A stretch of DNA of 64,000 nucleotides from Bugula neritina (lineage: Eukaryota > Animalia > Bryozoa), in assembly GCA_964035545.1 (NCBI GenBank), contig OZ037771.1, forward strand, positions 1,251,628 through 1,315,627. The letters are read 5' to 3'. The notes under the pieces were generated by a model. The model ran no database searches. It saw only the letters and a list, made by a program, of their open reading frames with translations, and was not told where the DNA came from. A program made the translations under genes and the position numbers. Below, piece after piece: positions 51,201 to 64,000 of this stretch; positions within the stretch are counted from its first letter, which is position 1, and every line of letters begins with the position of its first letter.

Positions 51201-54200
51201 TATATTGTACCAGGTATATACTATCAACCAATACAATAAATACAACCCATATCATATATATTACAACAGTATTCAATGCACACACACACACGACACGCAC
51301 CGTCCAGCATCTCCGGTGTTATGTAAGCTATGTCATCAATATGCTCTGGTTCCTCCACATTCCCGTACCGAGTCAGCTGACTGAGTAGAGATGGTCGGGC
51401 TGCCCGGGGAGGGGCGTAGGACTCCGATGCGGTGGGGTGTACAGACGGGATGCTCTCTAAGTTGTACAGCCTGCAGACAATAACTCGGGTTACTTTACAA
51501 GGTGATGGGGTAACAGCAACTAAGTACATTACAGTGTGCTAGTCAACAGTATAACTGCTACTTATGGACTGGGAGTTAGTGTAGAAGCTACAGAATTCTC
51601 ACCCATCTTCACTCATGGACTGTTTCATTATAAAGTTTTCAGCAATTTCAGTTCCTCTCAAGTTTGCAAAGTGCTGCCTAAAACAGAGAACACAGGCTAT
51701 GAATTACAAAATACAGACTAGTGATGGGAACAACTTGTAGAGCCCAGGCTAACGATCGCGAATCAAAATAAACAGAAATATAACTTAGGCCAGCATTTAG
51801 AGCTTGGCAAATATATTACATAGAATATTCCTTCTACGTTATATATTATTATACATAAAAATTGCTTGTTTAATAAGGTTTCTACTAGGTCACAAGTTTA
51901 ATTAATTCTAAAAAATTAAATGAGCAAATTTTGTAAAAAAATTGTAATAAGTTAGGAGAAATTGTCCGCTCTACCTACTTGAGGGCAATTTTCTCATATA
52001 TCTTCATAATTTTTTCATCTTTACGAAGAGGATTTCGCTGTAGTTTGTGTTTTATATACTTATCATCCATGCTGACAAACCAGTCCTGGCAAAGTATTGT
52101 AAACAAAGAAATTGACAAAGTATTGTAAACAGAGAAATTGACACAAACTTCTAAGGCATGAATACTTTAAGGGGAGTGAATAATATTGTTAGCATACAGT
52201 TCACCTAATTCATAAACTTTTTGGAAAAAAAATTATTATTTATGTACAAACCAACAAAAAATAATTGAAACGAACTCAATCAATTGGAGGCTCACATAAA
52301 AGAAGAACTGTCCGCGAGTCCCAACGATCTCTTCAATACCAGCCATCACATGATCAGTTACGTTGGCATTGAGCTCTTGGAACAGCAGAATCTCCTCTTC
52401 TTTCTCCTTAGTTCTAATGTCAAGTAGAGACACGAGTGGCTTGATGGTCCCGCCCTAGAATAACAAGAGCCCGCCTTAATATAACATGGACCCGCCCTAA
52501 ACGAACAAAAGCTCGCCTTAATATATCAGGGACCCGCCGTGCGGCTGCCTTAATATAACAGGAGCCCTCTAGAATTCTAAGTTTTAGACACGCCCAGTAA
52601 TGAACACACCCAACTGTAGTATATTAAAATTTTGAACCCAAGTGCACATTAGTTGTGATCCGAAAATATGTAACTGCTCTATATACGCTGTAACTAAACA
52701 CAGGCGTAAATAATCTCAATCGACTTGCAATGAAATTTCAACTCATACTTTGCTACTAACAGCTTTAACTCTTTTAAATATCAAACAACTGACTTCCATT
52801 GCCTTCTACTAAAACAACTAACAGCATAGTATAAGTATAAGTACAGTATGAGATACACCTACCTGTATAAACACAGTAAATATTATCACAACCAGTGTGG
52901 TCGTCATAAACATACTCTGAATTTTCTGATCCAATTTTCCAGTAAGTAGAGCAACAAGAGAGAAGGCAACTGCCCCCCTGAGACCTCCGTAAGCCTGGAG
53001 GAATACAACTCAATAACTAATACACAGTATACATCAACTGGGGGAGAGTGGAGGAGAAATTTATGCAACTTAAAATATGAAATATTATAACAGGAAATTT
53101 AAACTGCACACAAACAACTACAAGAAGGTGGTGTACGTGATGTAAATATAGTTCAGTAACTTACCATAATGAACTGCTCTCTTTTTGTTATATTCCTCAG
53201 CCTTTTCTTGTTTACCAGAACACTTAGACTGTAGGTGACTATTGAATGGTGATATTATATATTATATATTACTCGACATATATTATACAATAAATTATAT
53301 ATATATATATATTAAAATCATATCACACGGTATTACATAGACTACATATACTATAGTATATATTATTTGACAATGCATTACAAATCGTATTTAGCAACGA
53401 TTGTACTGACCTAAATACTATTCACGATGCATTGACTGTACTGACCTAGAAACCTGCCCAGTAATGTGAGTAGAATGGTGCCAATTATAAAGCCATAGTG
53501 CCACTCGTGGTCTAGCCTGACTAAGTTAAGCCCGAGGTAAAGGAATATGACAGAGTCAGCTGCTGAACTGTAATGACACGCCGTCATGTAGACAACATAC
53601 TAGAGAAGACAACTCAACATACACGCAAATCACAAAATGGCCAATACACTGTTGAAAAAGTTTTATAATTATTTTGAAAGATGCGCTGCATTAATGTACA
53701 CTGGATTTAAAAAATAAAAATGGCAAAAGTTTTTGTAGTGATAACTTTTACATTGATGCGAACAATAGCGAACAAAGTGAGAAATAAGGAGGACATAACT
53801 CTAATTATACTACATGGAAGGGGTAAGAGTTCTCCCTTGCTTTCTCAAATAAACCCCGTGTTCTTTTCCAACATTTTCTCTTTATCCATCTATCCATAAT
53901 ATGCTTACCTGGCCATTTTAGTAAAATATTTCACTGTGACATAAGATTTGTGGGATATGTTGTGGAATGCATATTGAGCCTGTATCAACCCGCAAACTGT
54001 TATTCTAAAAGTAAACAAACGGAACTATACCTCGTTTACATAGTAATTGCAAAAAAATTGGCTAATTTCTTTAAAATAGAAATGGATACAACTAGATGAC
54101 AAATTCGAAATAAACAAAGCAATTGATGAAAGTAAACCAGAGTGCATACTAGCATGAGCATGAACATATTCTTTAGGTTTGAATTCAGTTTAATCACAAT

Positions 54201-57200
54201 AAGAAATATGAAAAGACGTGCACTCAATGACATGGCATACAATAACAGGTACTTGTTTGTCTTCTTGTTAATTTATGTATTCACAATATGACATTAAAAA
54301 GATGTCATAGTAACTGTAACAGTAACCACGACACAAAGTCAACTATCAGTTATTAGTGTTTCAATTATTAGAATATTAGATTAGTTTCAACTAACTACAA
54401 TAAATATTGCAACTCAAAGTACAAACCCGACTATTCCAGAAAACTGAAAGAGCTCTGAAGAAGCATACGACATGTAAGCCATTGAAAACAGCACCAGAGG
54501 TTCAATAACTGCAAGTAGGAGACAAACAGACATACAGACGCTATTTAGATACCATACAGTAGAGTGTGAGTTATACAGACACTATACAGTAGAGTGTGAG
54601 TTATACAGACACTATGCAGTAGAGTGTGAGTTATACAGACACTATACAGTAGAGTGTGAGTTATACAGACACTATACAGTAGGGTGTGAGTTATACAGAC
54701 ACTATACAGTAGGGTGTGAGTTATACAGACACTATACAGTAGAGTGTGAGTTATACAGACACTATACAGTAGGGTGTGAGGTGAAAGTAGAAGACACATA
54801 ACATTAGTACTTTGAGTGATCTTATAGAGCTCCAACATTGGATACAACTTGGTACCATGTCATGTTTAAAGCATTGCAACAATTATAACAACTTTTGACA
54901 GTACGATGTTCATTTTACAGCAACGTCTTGTAGTAGACAAGCTTAAAATAGTAAGATAAGTCTTGGGAGAAATATTAATCATCATCTTAGAAAACACTTC
55001 AAGAAGAAGATTTATTAACTTTTTTAAAACAATGTGAGCAGGTGCTCTCAACATCCAGTATAATATACAGGTAAGAGCACCTGTCAACACCTGTCACTGG
55101 TATATAACACATCATTCAAACACTTGCAAACGCCTGTCACCAGTTCAATCAAGACACAAGATGTCTAAGAGCACCTGCAGCAGGTTTTTGCACTCACCTC
55201 TTGTTTCCAAGGTATATTTGGTGAGCAGAGACGTTATAGTACCATATATAATGCCAATAACAACACCGCCCAAACTCGTAGCAAAGAACTTAAATACAGC
55301 TGTGACATAAGTGAGGGCTGTGGTATCACGCCCCTCCTCAAGTAAGCAATTGATCCCCTCCACTGTGTTGTATAGCACAAGAGTGACTGCATCTGTTTAA
55401 ACAGATGACAAAATTACCTCAAAGAAATCTTATATATTTGGTGTATAATTTGTTATATAAAATAAATACAGAAATCCATTGAATGTCCATAAAATGTCGC
55501 ATATTCTAAACTGAAATACAAACTTAGATTATATTTCCACATTCTTACCATTCAGTAAGGATTCGCCAAAAACAAGAAAATATAAGACACTGTTAACTCC
55601 CACTTCCTGGAAAATCGCCAGCACCTGCAAAAAAGGTAGATAATTGATGAAAATTCCTTCAGCATAACTTAAGAAATCTTCTGCCATCGTGTACAGAATT
55701 ACAAACTCCATGAATTGGTAGACAAAAACAATTCAGGAATGTATTGTTTAAATTAACTAAATAATGTTTCTAAGCATTATGACTTTTATACAGTGTATAC
55801 TTTTATAATTTTTTCGTTAACTGGCGAGTGTTTCAAATATATATAAAATAATAGCCACTGGCAAACAGCAGCCTCTAAACTATATCATATATTGTGTAAG
55901 ATGTTTCACTGTTAGAATAACTCTAGATGGTAGAGTATATAGCAGATGATGTGAAGAAGTTATACAGCTGAAATACTTATGTTTACCGCTACAGGGTCCA
56001 CGGCTACTATAATAGATGCAAAGAGCATACAGTGGATAAAAGAGACTTTGTCACCACCAGGTAGCGCTCCAGCATATGACAAACCATATAATATAGGACC
56101 TGTAATATAATATAGGACCTGTAATATAATACAGGACCTGTAATATAATATAGTAACACTGTAATATAGTAACACTGTAATATAGTAATAGCACTGTAAT
56201 AAAGATATCAGTAAATGGTTCAACTCCAATTACTAATAAGTATTGTAACTAAAAAAGAAGACAGACTACGCACACTGAGATACCTATGTTTCAACACTCA
56301 CCTATGAAGAAGCAGCTGATGATAGTACCCTGGAAACAAAGAAAATAAAGTTGAATAAAACATTCATACATATACAATAAGTTATCAGGCATATCTACAC
56401 TAGTTTTCATCAGTTTTAGTAAAAAGAAAATTAGACATCAATTTAGCAATAACAACTTCCTTTAAAAGTACAAAAATGTGTTTTATTACTATTTCTATCA
56501 AATTGAATAAACTGAATAAGAAATACAATCACACTGATATAATAATATACAAGATATATATATACATATACATACGACATAAAAGCATATATTATACTGA
56601 TATAATAATATAGAGCTCACCACAACAGCAAAGACTAGAATAGATCCAATATTATCAAAGAACACTCTGTTATGTAGACTATAGGAGGCCTCTAACACTA
56701 TTCTACAAAAATAAACAAGTGAAAAGAAATCCGTGGAGTGTTACAATATAATAAGAGTTGACAACTCCTTGGCACTTGATGTCAGGTTGTTGCTGAAAAA
56801 GGTAGATGTTGAGATGTTTGAAGATCTACACCAACACAGCGCATAGTGTAAAGCACCATTTTTATATATAACTCGCAATAATTTCAATGAATTTCTTTAC
56901 AAAATATTTACATACAAGAAAGATCACAAAACATGGAAACTGAAGGCAGATTTCTTGCTGAGAAGGAACAGTTTGGCAAGTTGAGACAAGATTAAAAACT
57001 GGGAAGGACTTGTAACTTACAAACTTCCCAGTTGCTCAACAATGTCATACTTACGGAGGCAAGAGCACCAGGAAGAACAGTTCTGGCCGAAGAGTTTTCA
57101 GATCTTCAGGAAACGAATCATTGTCAGTTGAAAATCTAGATGAGTCAGAATACAATATATTAGATGAGACAACTCCAATGAAATGAATGCAAGCAATGCT

Positions 57201-59655
57201 GGAGTAGTAATTTCTAAATATAGAATGTAATAATTCAACAACATTAGTGTGGAGATAAGTCCCTGTTGACTCTATTGATATAGGGTAGTAGCAGTATATA
57301 GCATGTAGTTAGAATGTGCTACAGCTGTAAGCAATATATATATCTACGTGTAAAGCAAAAATACGGCACACACCTATAGGAAAAAGCATTAGTTAGACGA
57401 GATAGGACAGCCTACAATATGTTATATATCAAGACAGACTAGAATGACTTTCACACTCGAGTATTAGTACAAGAGTGACATCTTGTTGACTGAGTGGATA
57501 GATAGTCAGAGAGTCAGGGGGAGGCAGGGGGCATACTTACAATACAATTAGAGTAATGTAACCAACTCTCTATAAATGCAGGGTAGCTTATGTAGGCGCA
57601 ACAGTATTCATTATACTAATGAAAAGTAACAACACAGCGCAACGCAATCAGCCTGATATACTCACGTGAATATAGTGCCAGCTATGGTTCCCAGAACTAT
57701 CAGCAAACTACAAAAACCAATCTGATAAATTATAACTCTGATTGCATAGTTGTTATCACTCAACTGGTGAACTATCAACAAATCAACAGTCCCGTCCACT
57801 CTAATTATCAGAAAAGGTTGATGAGAATGGCTTACATTTTACCTAAATCACTTTCATAGTAACATTAGTAGCCATGAACAGAATGTATAGCATGCAGCAG
57901 ACCAGCTATCTCTACAGCTAGTAGCAGTCCATCTACAGAAATATCAACACTAAAACTGTAGACCTCAGAGTTATCTAATAACGTGCTTCACTTACCACGA
58001 CTCTGGAATCTTCGTGACCAAATAACCAGCGTGATGAAAACCTACAGCATAGAAAGCAGAAAGAATTATCTTCACCTTCAAATATTGTACAGTATATAAG
58101 GTATAATTTACAGCATATAAAGTATAATCTACAGTATATAAAGTATAATCTACAGCATATAAAGTGTAATCTACAGCATATAAAGTATAATCTATGGCAC
58201 AATATATTCTTTTCCAACAGCCAAATAGAATACATAATGGTCATAGAGTTTAAGTCAAGGCAGTCACTGGAGGATTTCTACATCAGATGTCCAACAGCAG
58301 TAAGAAAAATCTTGACAGTACATTGCTACAAGAGCTAGGTTGCTAGAAACTAGTAGAAACCCTCAGCAAGTATTCTCTAATCTGATCATTATTGTCGCTA
58401 GGGTTACCCATACAGCCCTTCTCAAACATATAAACCTTATACAAACTCTTAGGCTACACAATGCAAGTGCCGAGTACATATTATGTCATATTATAGAACA
58501 GCTACACGTCATGGAATGCATGGAATAAAGTCACTGCATCAAGTGATGGTGTCAACACAGCACCAGGAAGTCCAATGATGACAAAATCAAACATATTACA
58601 AAGAACTTTCTCCATTACTGCATAGCATATAATCAAGGAGTGAATATATAGTAACACACAAGAAATACAGAGATACCATTCTATATCAACACCATACTGA
58701 CTAATCAACACTCACATATCTTGGTGATGGCGGAGAAGAAGAGGAAAGTGGCTATGATGATGGGATTCTGCACGTGACTCCACTCAAACCCAGCTACGGT
58801 GAGGTCACACGGCTCATGGTCAGCGTGATCGGCAGCAGCTGCCTTGTCACTAGCGACAGCAGCTTGAAGTAAGTCAGCTGGAGGAGCTGCAAGGAAGAGA
58901 AATGGAGGGACAGTTGAATTTTATTCAACAGAGAATATCCGGGAGTTATTCTCCCTCTACTCTGAGAGAGTTATTCTATAACCTAATGCTGTAGAACAGG
59001 TGGCAGTGCTATGAGACAGTGAGAGCAGAGATGTTTACTTGAGTAGATAGAAGGGTAAAAGTCAATATTTAGAATTGATAGCAGTCAAGAGAAAGACTAA
59101 GTTCCCTGCCTGTGACAAGAAAGCAGGGTGGGGGGGGGGGGTAGCATGGGGTTGAAGGTTGAGTAGAGCAGACACAGCATTGTTATATATTATATACAGC
59201 AGTGGTCTAGTGCAGTGATACATTCTCAGCATGACAAACAATCTCTGTCAAAACCCAGCAGTTAAAAGTGCATCACATGTGAATCAATGAGCCATTAACA
59301 GGGTTTAATGAGCTGCTTTGTTTCCATAAACAACAGCCTAGTACAGTCCCAGCAACCGTGTTGAGTCAGAAGAAATGTTATGACATCCAAACCAAAAGTC
59401 TTCACAGGCTGTGATGTTAGAGTTTAGAGATCAAATGCAGTTGCATGGCCAGTTAGTACAGCATCATGTGGCACCATGGACTTGCAGTATAAAATAAAAC
59501 ATGGGACTATAATAATTCTAACCTGACATGTTGGTACTTCCAGATAACTGCTTGTAAGCACTGCTGATGTTGGGGAAAACCTTCTGAGAGAGTACGGAGG
59601 GAAGACAACACACCATCAACATGGCAGCAAAAGCCATAGGTAAATGCTGCCTCAT
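48202..59655 (-). CDS. Sodium/hydrogen exchanger, SLC9A (NHE1-5 plasma-membrane-type clade)
   Basis: Signal-peptide-like exon 59655-59523; FEWSHVQNPIIIA (58886-58716); KIPESCLLIVLG; FFLVLLPP|IVLEASY...FFDNIGSILVFAVV|GT; AVDPVA|VLAIFQEVGVN..LYFLVFGESLLN|DAVTLVLY; GGTIKPLVSLLDI; DHVMAGIEEIVG; low-complexity tail, last exon 48669-48202. More than 20 short exons; some tail exons uncertain. Confidence 0.93.
50472..50819. repeat. 15-nt minisatellite (ACTATATTACACAGT)n
   Basis: About 23 near-perfect copies filling most of an NHE intron. Confidence 0.97.
51012..51200 (-). mobile_element. tRNA-derived SINE, family 1 (old, diverged)
   Basis: GTGAGAACCCCTGAT...GCTAAGGACTTATTCAGATG...CTGGATGC...CCAATGGCCTTT...GCTCTAACCCCTAGA is colinear with 478-700. 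Confidence 0.82.
52448..52572 (-). repeat. Degenerate ~21-nt repeat of an NHE acceptor junction
   Basis: CCCGCCYTARWATAACA-type units; the first unit straddles TTCTAG|GGCGGG (exon start 52454). Confidence 0.75.
54550..54780. repeat. 30-nt minisatellite
   Basis: ACTATACAGTAGAGTGTGAGTTATACAGAC x~8. Confidence 0.95.
56086..56200 (-). repeat. 19-nt repeat of an NHE acceptor junction followed by a related shorter repeat
   Basis: Minus strand ATTATATTACAG|GTCCTAT three times (first base after AG at 56137, 56118, 56099). Confidence 0.88.
58088..58195 (-). repeat. 21-nt repeat resembling the nearby acceptor
   Basis: Minus-strand unit ATTATACTTTATATGCTGTAG; the real acceptor at ~58046 is TTCTATGCTGTAG. 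Confidence 0.8.
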
Positions 59656-60412
59656 CCTTCCTTGCTGTCAGCTAGAATCCTGTATAACAACACATTCTGC
59701 TAGGAGCTGCTAATAGAGACTATTAGCAGTGATTAGCATAATAGCAAACATTTCAAGTGGTATAATAGACACTTGGCATCCCATTCTAGTAGCAAAGCTT
59801 CTCTACACTTGTGTTCAATGTGCTGTGGACTTTCTATTGTTTAAAGCATACTGCATATCATTAGTAATATTTATAGATTTGCACTTTAATCTTAGATAAA
59901 AACATTACATAAATTCAAGCCATAATTTTATCAAAACAAAATATAGAGTCTGGTAAAATAAAGAGAAAAGAAGAATTACCTACGCAACTATACTAAGACT
60001 AGCAAGGCAGTGGTGAATTATTAAAAGTATAGAGGGATAACAATAATATGCCAATAAGACACTACCTTAATTAGATCAATACATGGGAACTGTTGATACT
60101 GAAACCAAGCCATTACCTTTTATCTATTTACTATCAACAATAACTTATTGTAGATTATCAATTAAATAAACAATATAGTTTCCTAACTAATAACCATTCC
60201 TCTATATGAATACAAACCAACCCTATATATCTTTGTCTTTCCCTTTAATAAACACTGAGCTCTTTTTATAAATATCTATCCCTGATCAGTAATTCTAACA
60301 ACTTCTAGAAAATTCTTCTCTAAATATAATGCTGGCTGAAAATTGGCTGAAACAAAAGCCTGCATCTGCAAGTTTATAAATTTCCTGACAAAAATTCTGT
60401 GCTGGTTGGTAG

Positions 60413-60562
60413 GGTATAGTACATGGCGCATACTGTATAGTGTATACTATATGGTGCATACTGTATAGTGTGTATTATATGGTGTATAATACATTGTGTA
60501 TAGTACATGGTGCATACTGTATAGTGTATATTATATGGTGTATAATACATGGTGTGTAGTAT
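60413..60562. repeat. Degenerate tandem repeat upstream of the NHE start codon
   Basis: Repeated ATGGTGCATACTGTATAGTGTATA-like units. Confidence 0.75.
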
Positions 60563-63139
60563 ATGGAGAGTATTGTTCAAAAAGGTGCCAGAATATGGGT
60601 TGCTAAAATCAACAGTATAATACATAACCTAAATTCTAAAACTAAACTAACAGATTCAGAATGAATACACAAACTAAATGTTTATCATAGAATAAGTGTT
60701 TTAGCATTTACTATTTGGACTATTGGTCGCCATAGAAACCAGGAAGTAAAATATTATTAATACATTCCTGATCCCTTGCATCCCATGCCAGTTCACTACA
60801 CAAATGAAACTGTGCTACATATACATGTGTATTCAACTTATTGCAATTCATTAGAAGCTGCGATGAAGTGCATGACAAAATTTCAGATTATATATTCAGT
60901 TTCCAGACTTAGCTACTTGGAAAAAGAAAACCAAGAAAATTGTAGCTGCTTGCTCAATAAATAAGGAAGTCAAAATCTGCATTTCTAAGCATTGCTAACA
61001 CATACACATGTATGTGATTATACTGCATGTGATGTGTCATTTTTTTGTGTCAGATTTTTGTGTTTGGAGGCTCAATATGCTGGTTTTGGCAATCAAACGA
61101 GTGTTTTAAAGCAGGTAATTCAGCACATATGCCAATGAGGTTTATGCTACACATGATTTCTAAGTTATACTATACTATTCATGGTTACTACGAATTCTTA
61201 TGAAATGCATTAGTCTAGTGTGCAGTAGACAGTATATTCTAGAAGCAGGTGCTATTTACAGTGTGTCTGGGTACCTCTTGAAAAACTCTGGTGCCAGATC
61301 AATTAGATACCAAACAGCTGTAATTAAGTAATAGTTTTATTATTGTGATATCATGGGTATATTGTAAGTAAGACAATTAGTGTTCTAGGTGTTTCATCTC
61401 TCCTAGCAGAAGATAACATCAACTTCAATTTGAGAATAGTACAGTCAATTAGTTAAGGAAATATTGCAATTAATTTGCCACTCTGCAGCAACATTAAAAT
61501 TGAGATATGCCACAAAGTTACACAATATAGTGGATAGCAATTGAGTGGTAATTAGTGTTGATAAATAGGTAGCATCCTTATGTTATGCAGTGTGCATTTG
61601 CCCAACGGTATTCAGTTCCCACATGAAATGTACACATGTCTTTAATAGCCAGCAGAGATGTGTGCAGTATATCCCAGTGGATTTTATAACCTATAATTTT
61701 ACAAACATTGACACTTCCAAGGACCGATTAGATCCTAATATCTGACCATAGCTAAAATAGCCACCTAAGGCTCTATGATTTTTGAATAACTATCCTTTTT
61801 TGGACGAGTCTATTTATACTTTAAATAAAGATGTGCAGAAAATGAAGTGGGTAGCTTAGTATCAGATGTATACATTTAATAGAGCAAAAGTCAACAAACT
61901 GTATATTATGGTGCAATCATCTTAATATGTTAATTTAGAATGGCTAGTTGCAAGAAGATATCTTATTTCAAAATGGTAAAAATAATAAGCACCAACACCT
62001 TTTAGTTTGCAAACTTACTAACTTTACAAATTTGCATAACTTCACTGTGTATTGCCAACAGCAAATAATCAATAAATCCCTTATTTAATGAGTTAAAATG
62101 CTCACTAGATAATCCCTTATTATTCAATTATCTTACAGTTATAATATGGAATTTGGTAAGTAAACAAATTATATGTCTCTAATATTAGCATATAATTCAT
62201 TAGTTATAGTTCAGCCATTAGCCTACTAATAACTAATAACTAATAACAATTAGAAAAGGCTAGAATTGCTAGTTGTTGAAAAAAAATTCCCGTATTTTAT
62301 TTTATTATTTTCTGATAAACTCAAATATTTTTGTCAAATGTCATCAACATAATCTAACTCATAAGGATTAAAAAATAAATTTTAGGCTGCCTTATTAGTC
62401 CAAGCTGCCGTATTTAAGCAGCGAAATTTAAATCCAAAATATAAAGAAATAATTGTTATTTCTTAAATAGGTTGAAATAGTTTTACAGAAACAGCATGTT
62501 CTAAATTAATTTCAAATACATAATCAAAATTTGTTATGATTTTGCAATAAAACATATCACCTCAGCAGTGAGTATTACTTATACTTCTAGTATAATCCAT
62601 TAGCCAATAAAGAAAATCCACACCATCAATCAAAATGCAAATCTCTAGCCTATGACCAACATTAATAATTAACATAACAGAATAAATTACCACATATTTT
62701 AAAATAAAATGATTCTAGAATAGTCATAGTAAATCTTTGCTCAGTAGCATAAAATATTCACAGAAACCAGCAATAATCTGATATCTGCTAGGCCATTAAA
62801 GTTATAACCTCTATTAAGAATATAATTTTTCTCAAATAAACTAATGGTCACTCATCATTTAAAGCCTTTTTTCAAAGAAACACAATGTAAATTCTTGAAA
62901 TTCAAATCACACAGATTTAGATTAGCCCATAATCTTTATGATTATATAATATAAATAACAATAAACAACTGACATGCATGTCTCACTTTGACTTTGGCTG
63001 TAAATGCTCATATTTTATAACTAAATATAATATTATCATACATTACAATTATAATATTGATTACAGAATATGATTAAATCATTAATATTATTATTGTGTC
63101 AATCAATAACTTTTTGAGCAAATGAAAAAATATCAAATA

Positions 63140-63640
63140 CTAAATGTAACAGCAACTTGCTATATAATTCGCCTTAGTACTAACAGTAACTGTGCCTATA
63201 AAAGTATTCAGAGCAAACAACATCAGTATGACTATGAAATTGAGCATAACCAATACTATCACAGTATCAGTATTGTTATAATTTAAATTAATATTATGAT
63301 TATCGCCATCAGTGCCACGATCACTATGAGTATAAATATGATTATGACTCCCAGTATCACTATCAGTATCACTCAATACAAATATCAGTGCGAGCATGAT
63401 TATGAGACGTGAACATCATATTCGCTATCACTATCAGTACTCAGTAGCAATACCGATACGAATATCACTATCAAATAGTATTAATAAATTTAATAAGGCT
63501 TCCAGTTATAGTTATGAGCATGCTGGTGCACTGATCGTGGAGTGAATAAGTAAGGGTGTAACACTAACTGTAAGTGTAACACTAAGTCTAACGTCTAACA
63601 GTAATACTAATACTAACAGTTACTGTTAGTGTTACAGTAA
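63140..63640. repeat. Hexamer-periodic dispersed repeat related to 19420-19840
   Basis: ATCACT/AGTATC hexamers and GTAACACTAACTGTAAGTGTAACACTAA motif. Confidence 0.5.
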
Positions 63641-64000
63641 AGGAATAAAAATGCCTAGTACTTTTATCTTTTAGTAAACTTCAATTTGTACTTGTAGTTA
63701 GTTTCTAACCTTTGGTTGTACCTTAGTTTTGTTTTTTCCTTATAAGTTGGTGTTATAGCTTATCCAGAAGCTACTTTAAATACTTTGACTTCGCGGTTTG
63801 CTGCCTTGCCCTTAGCAACGTCTCTATTAGTATTATTATTAATATTATGACTATCGAGCTTCATTCAATTTCAGGTATTACACAAGATAATTAACGACAG
63901 TAATTTGTAAGATTCTTTTTCTTCAAACTTATAGCATAGCCATGATTAGTGTTGATTAGTTATTATCAACCACGCTCCATCTGAGTTTTGATCTAAAACT

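Noticed and set aside
51719-52075. hAT-like MITE beginning TAGTGATGGG
   Set aside because: No convincing matching right TIR or 8-bp TSD found.

Overview
AT-rich, intron-rich eukaryotic DNA, apparently an invertebrate animal (inferred from gene content and repeat types; taxon not determinable). Most long ORFs in the supplied track are artefacts of tandem repeats, so genes were assembled by hand from GT-AG exon chains with phase checks. Contents: three tandem + strand SLC18B1-like MFS transporter paralogues (copy A lacks its first coding exon in this window; B and C are complete, 11 coding exons each); a small two-exon minus-strand gene for a 121-aa single-pass membrane protein; PEX1 (+); and a convergent SLC9A/NHE sodium-proton exchanger (-). 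Mobile DNA: four copies of a tRNA-derived SINE (one with a 14-bp TSD and an empty site in the paralogue), a second tRNA-like head, and a solo LTR with a 4-bp TSD nested in a probable non-autonomous DNA element. The most unusual signal is that many intronic tandem repeats are serial copies of the adjacent splice junction. The two main donor arrays (33 nt, 12 nt) are in frame and stop-free, while the cleanest acceptor arrays (29 nt, 19 nt) would shift frame. No prokaryotic-type system (CRISPR etc.) is present.
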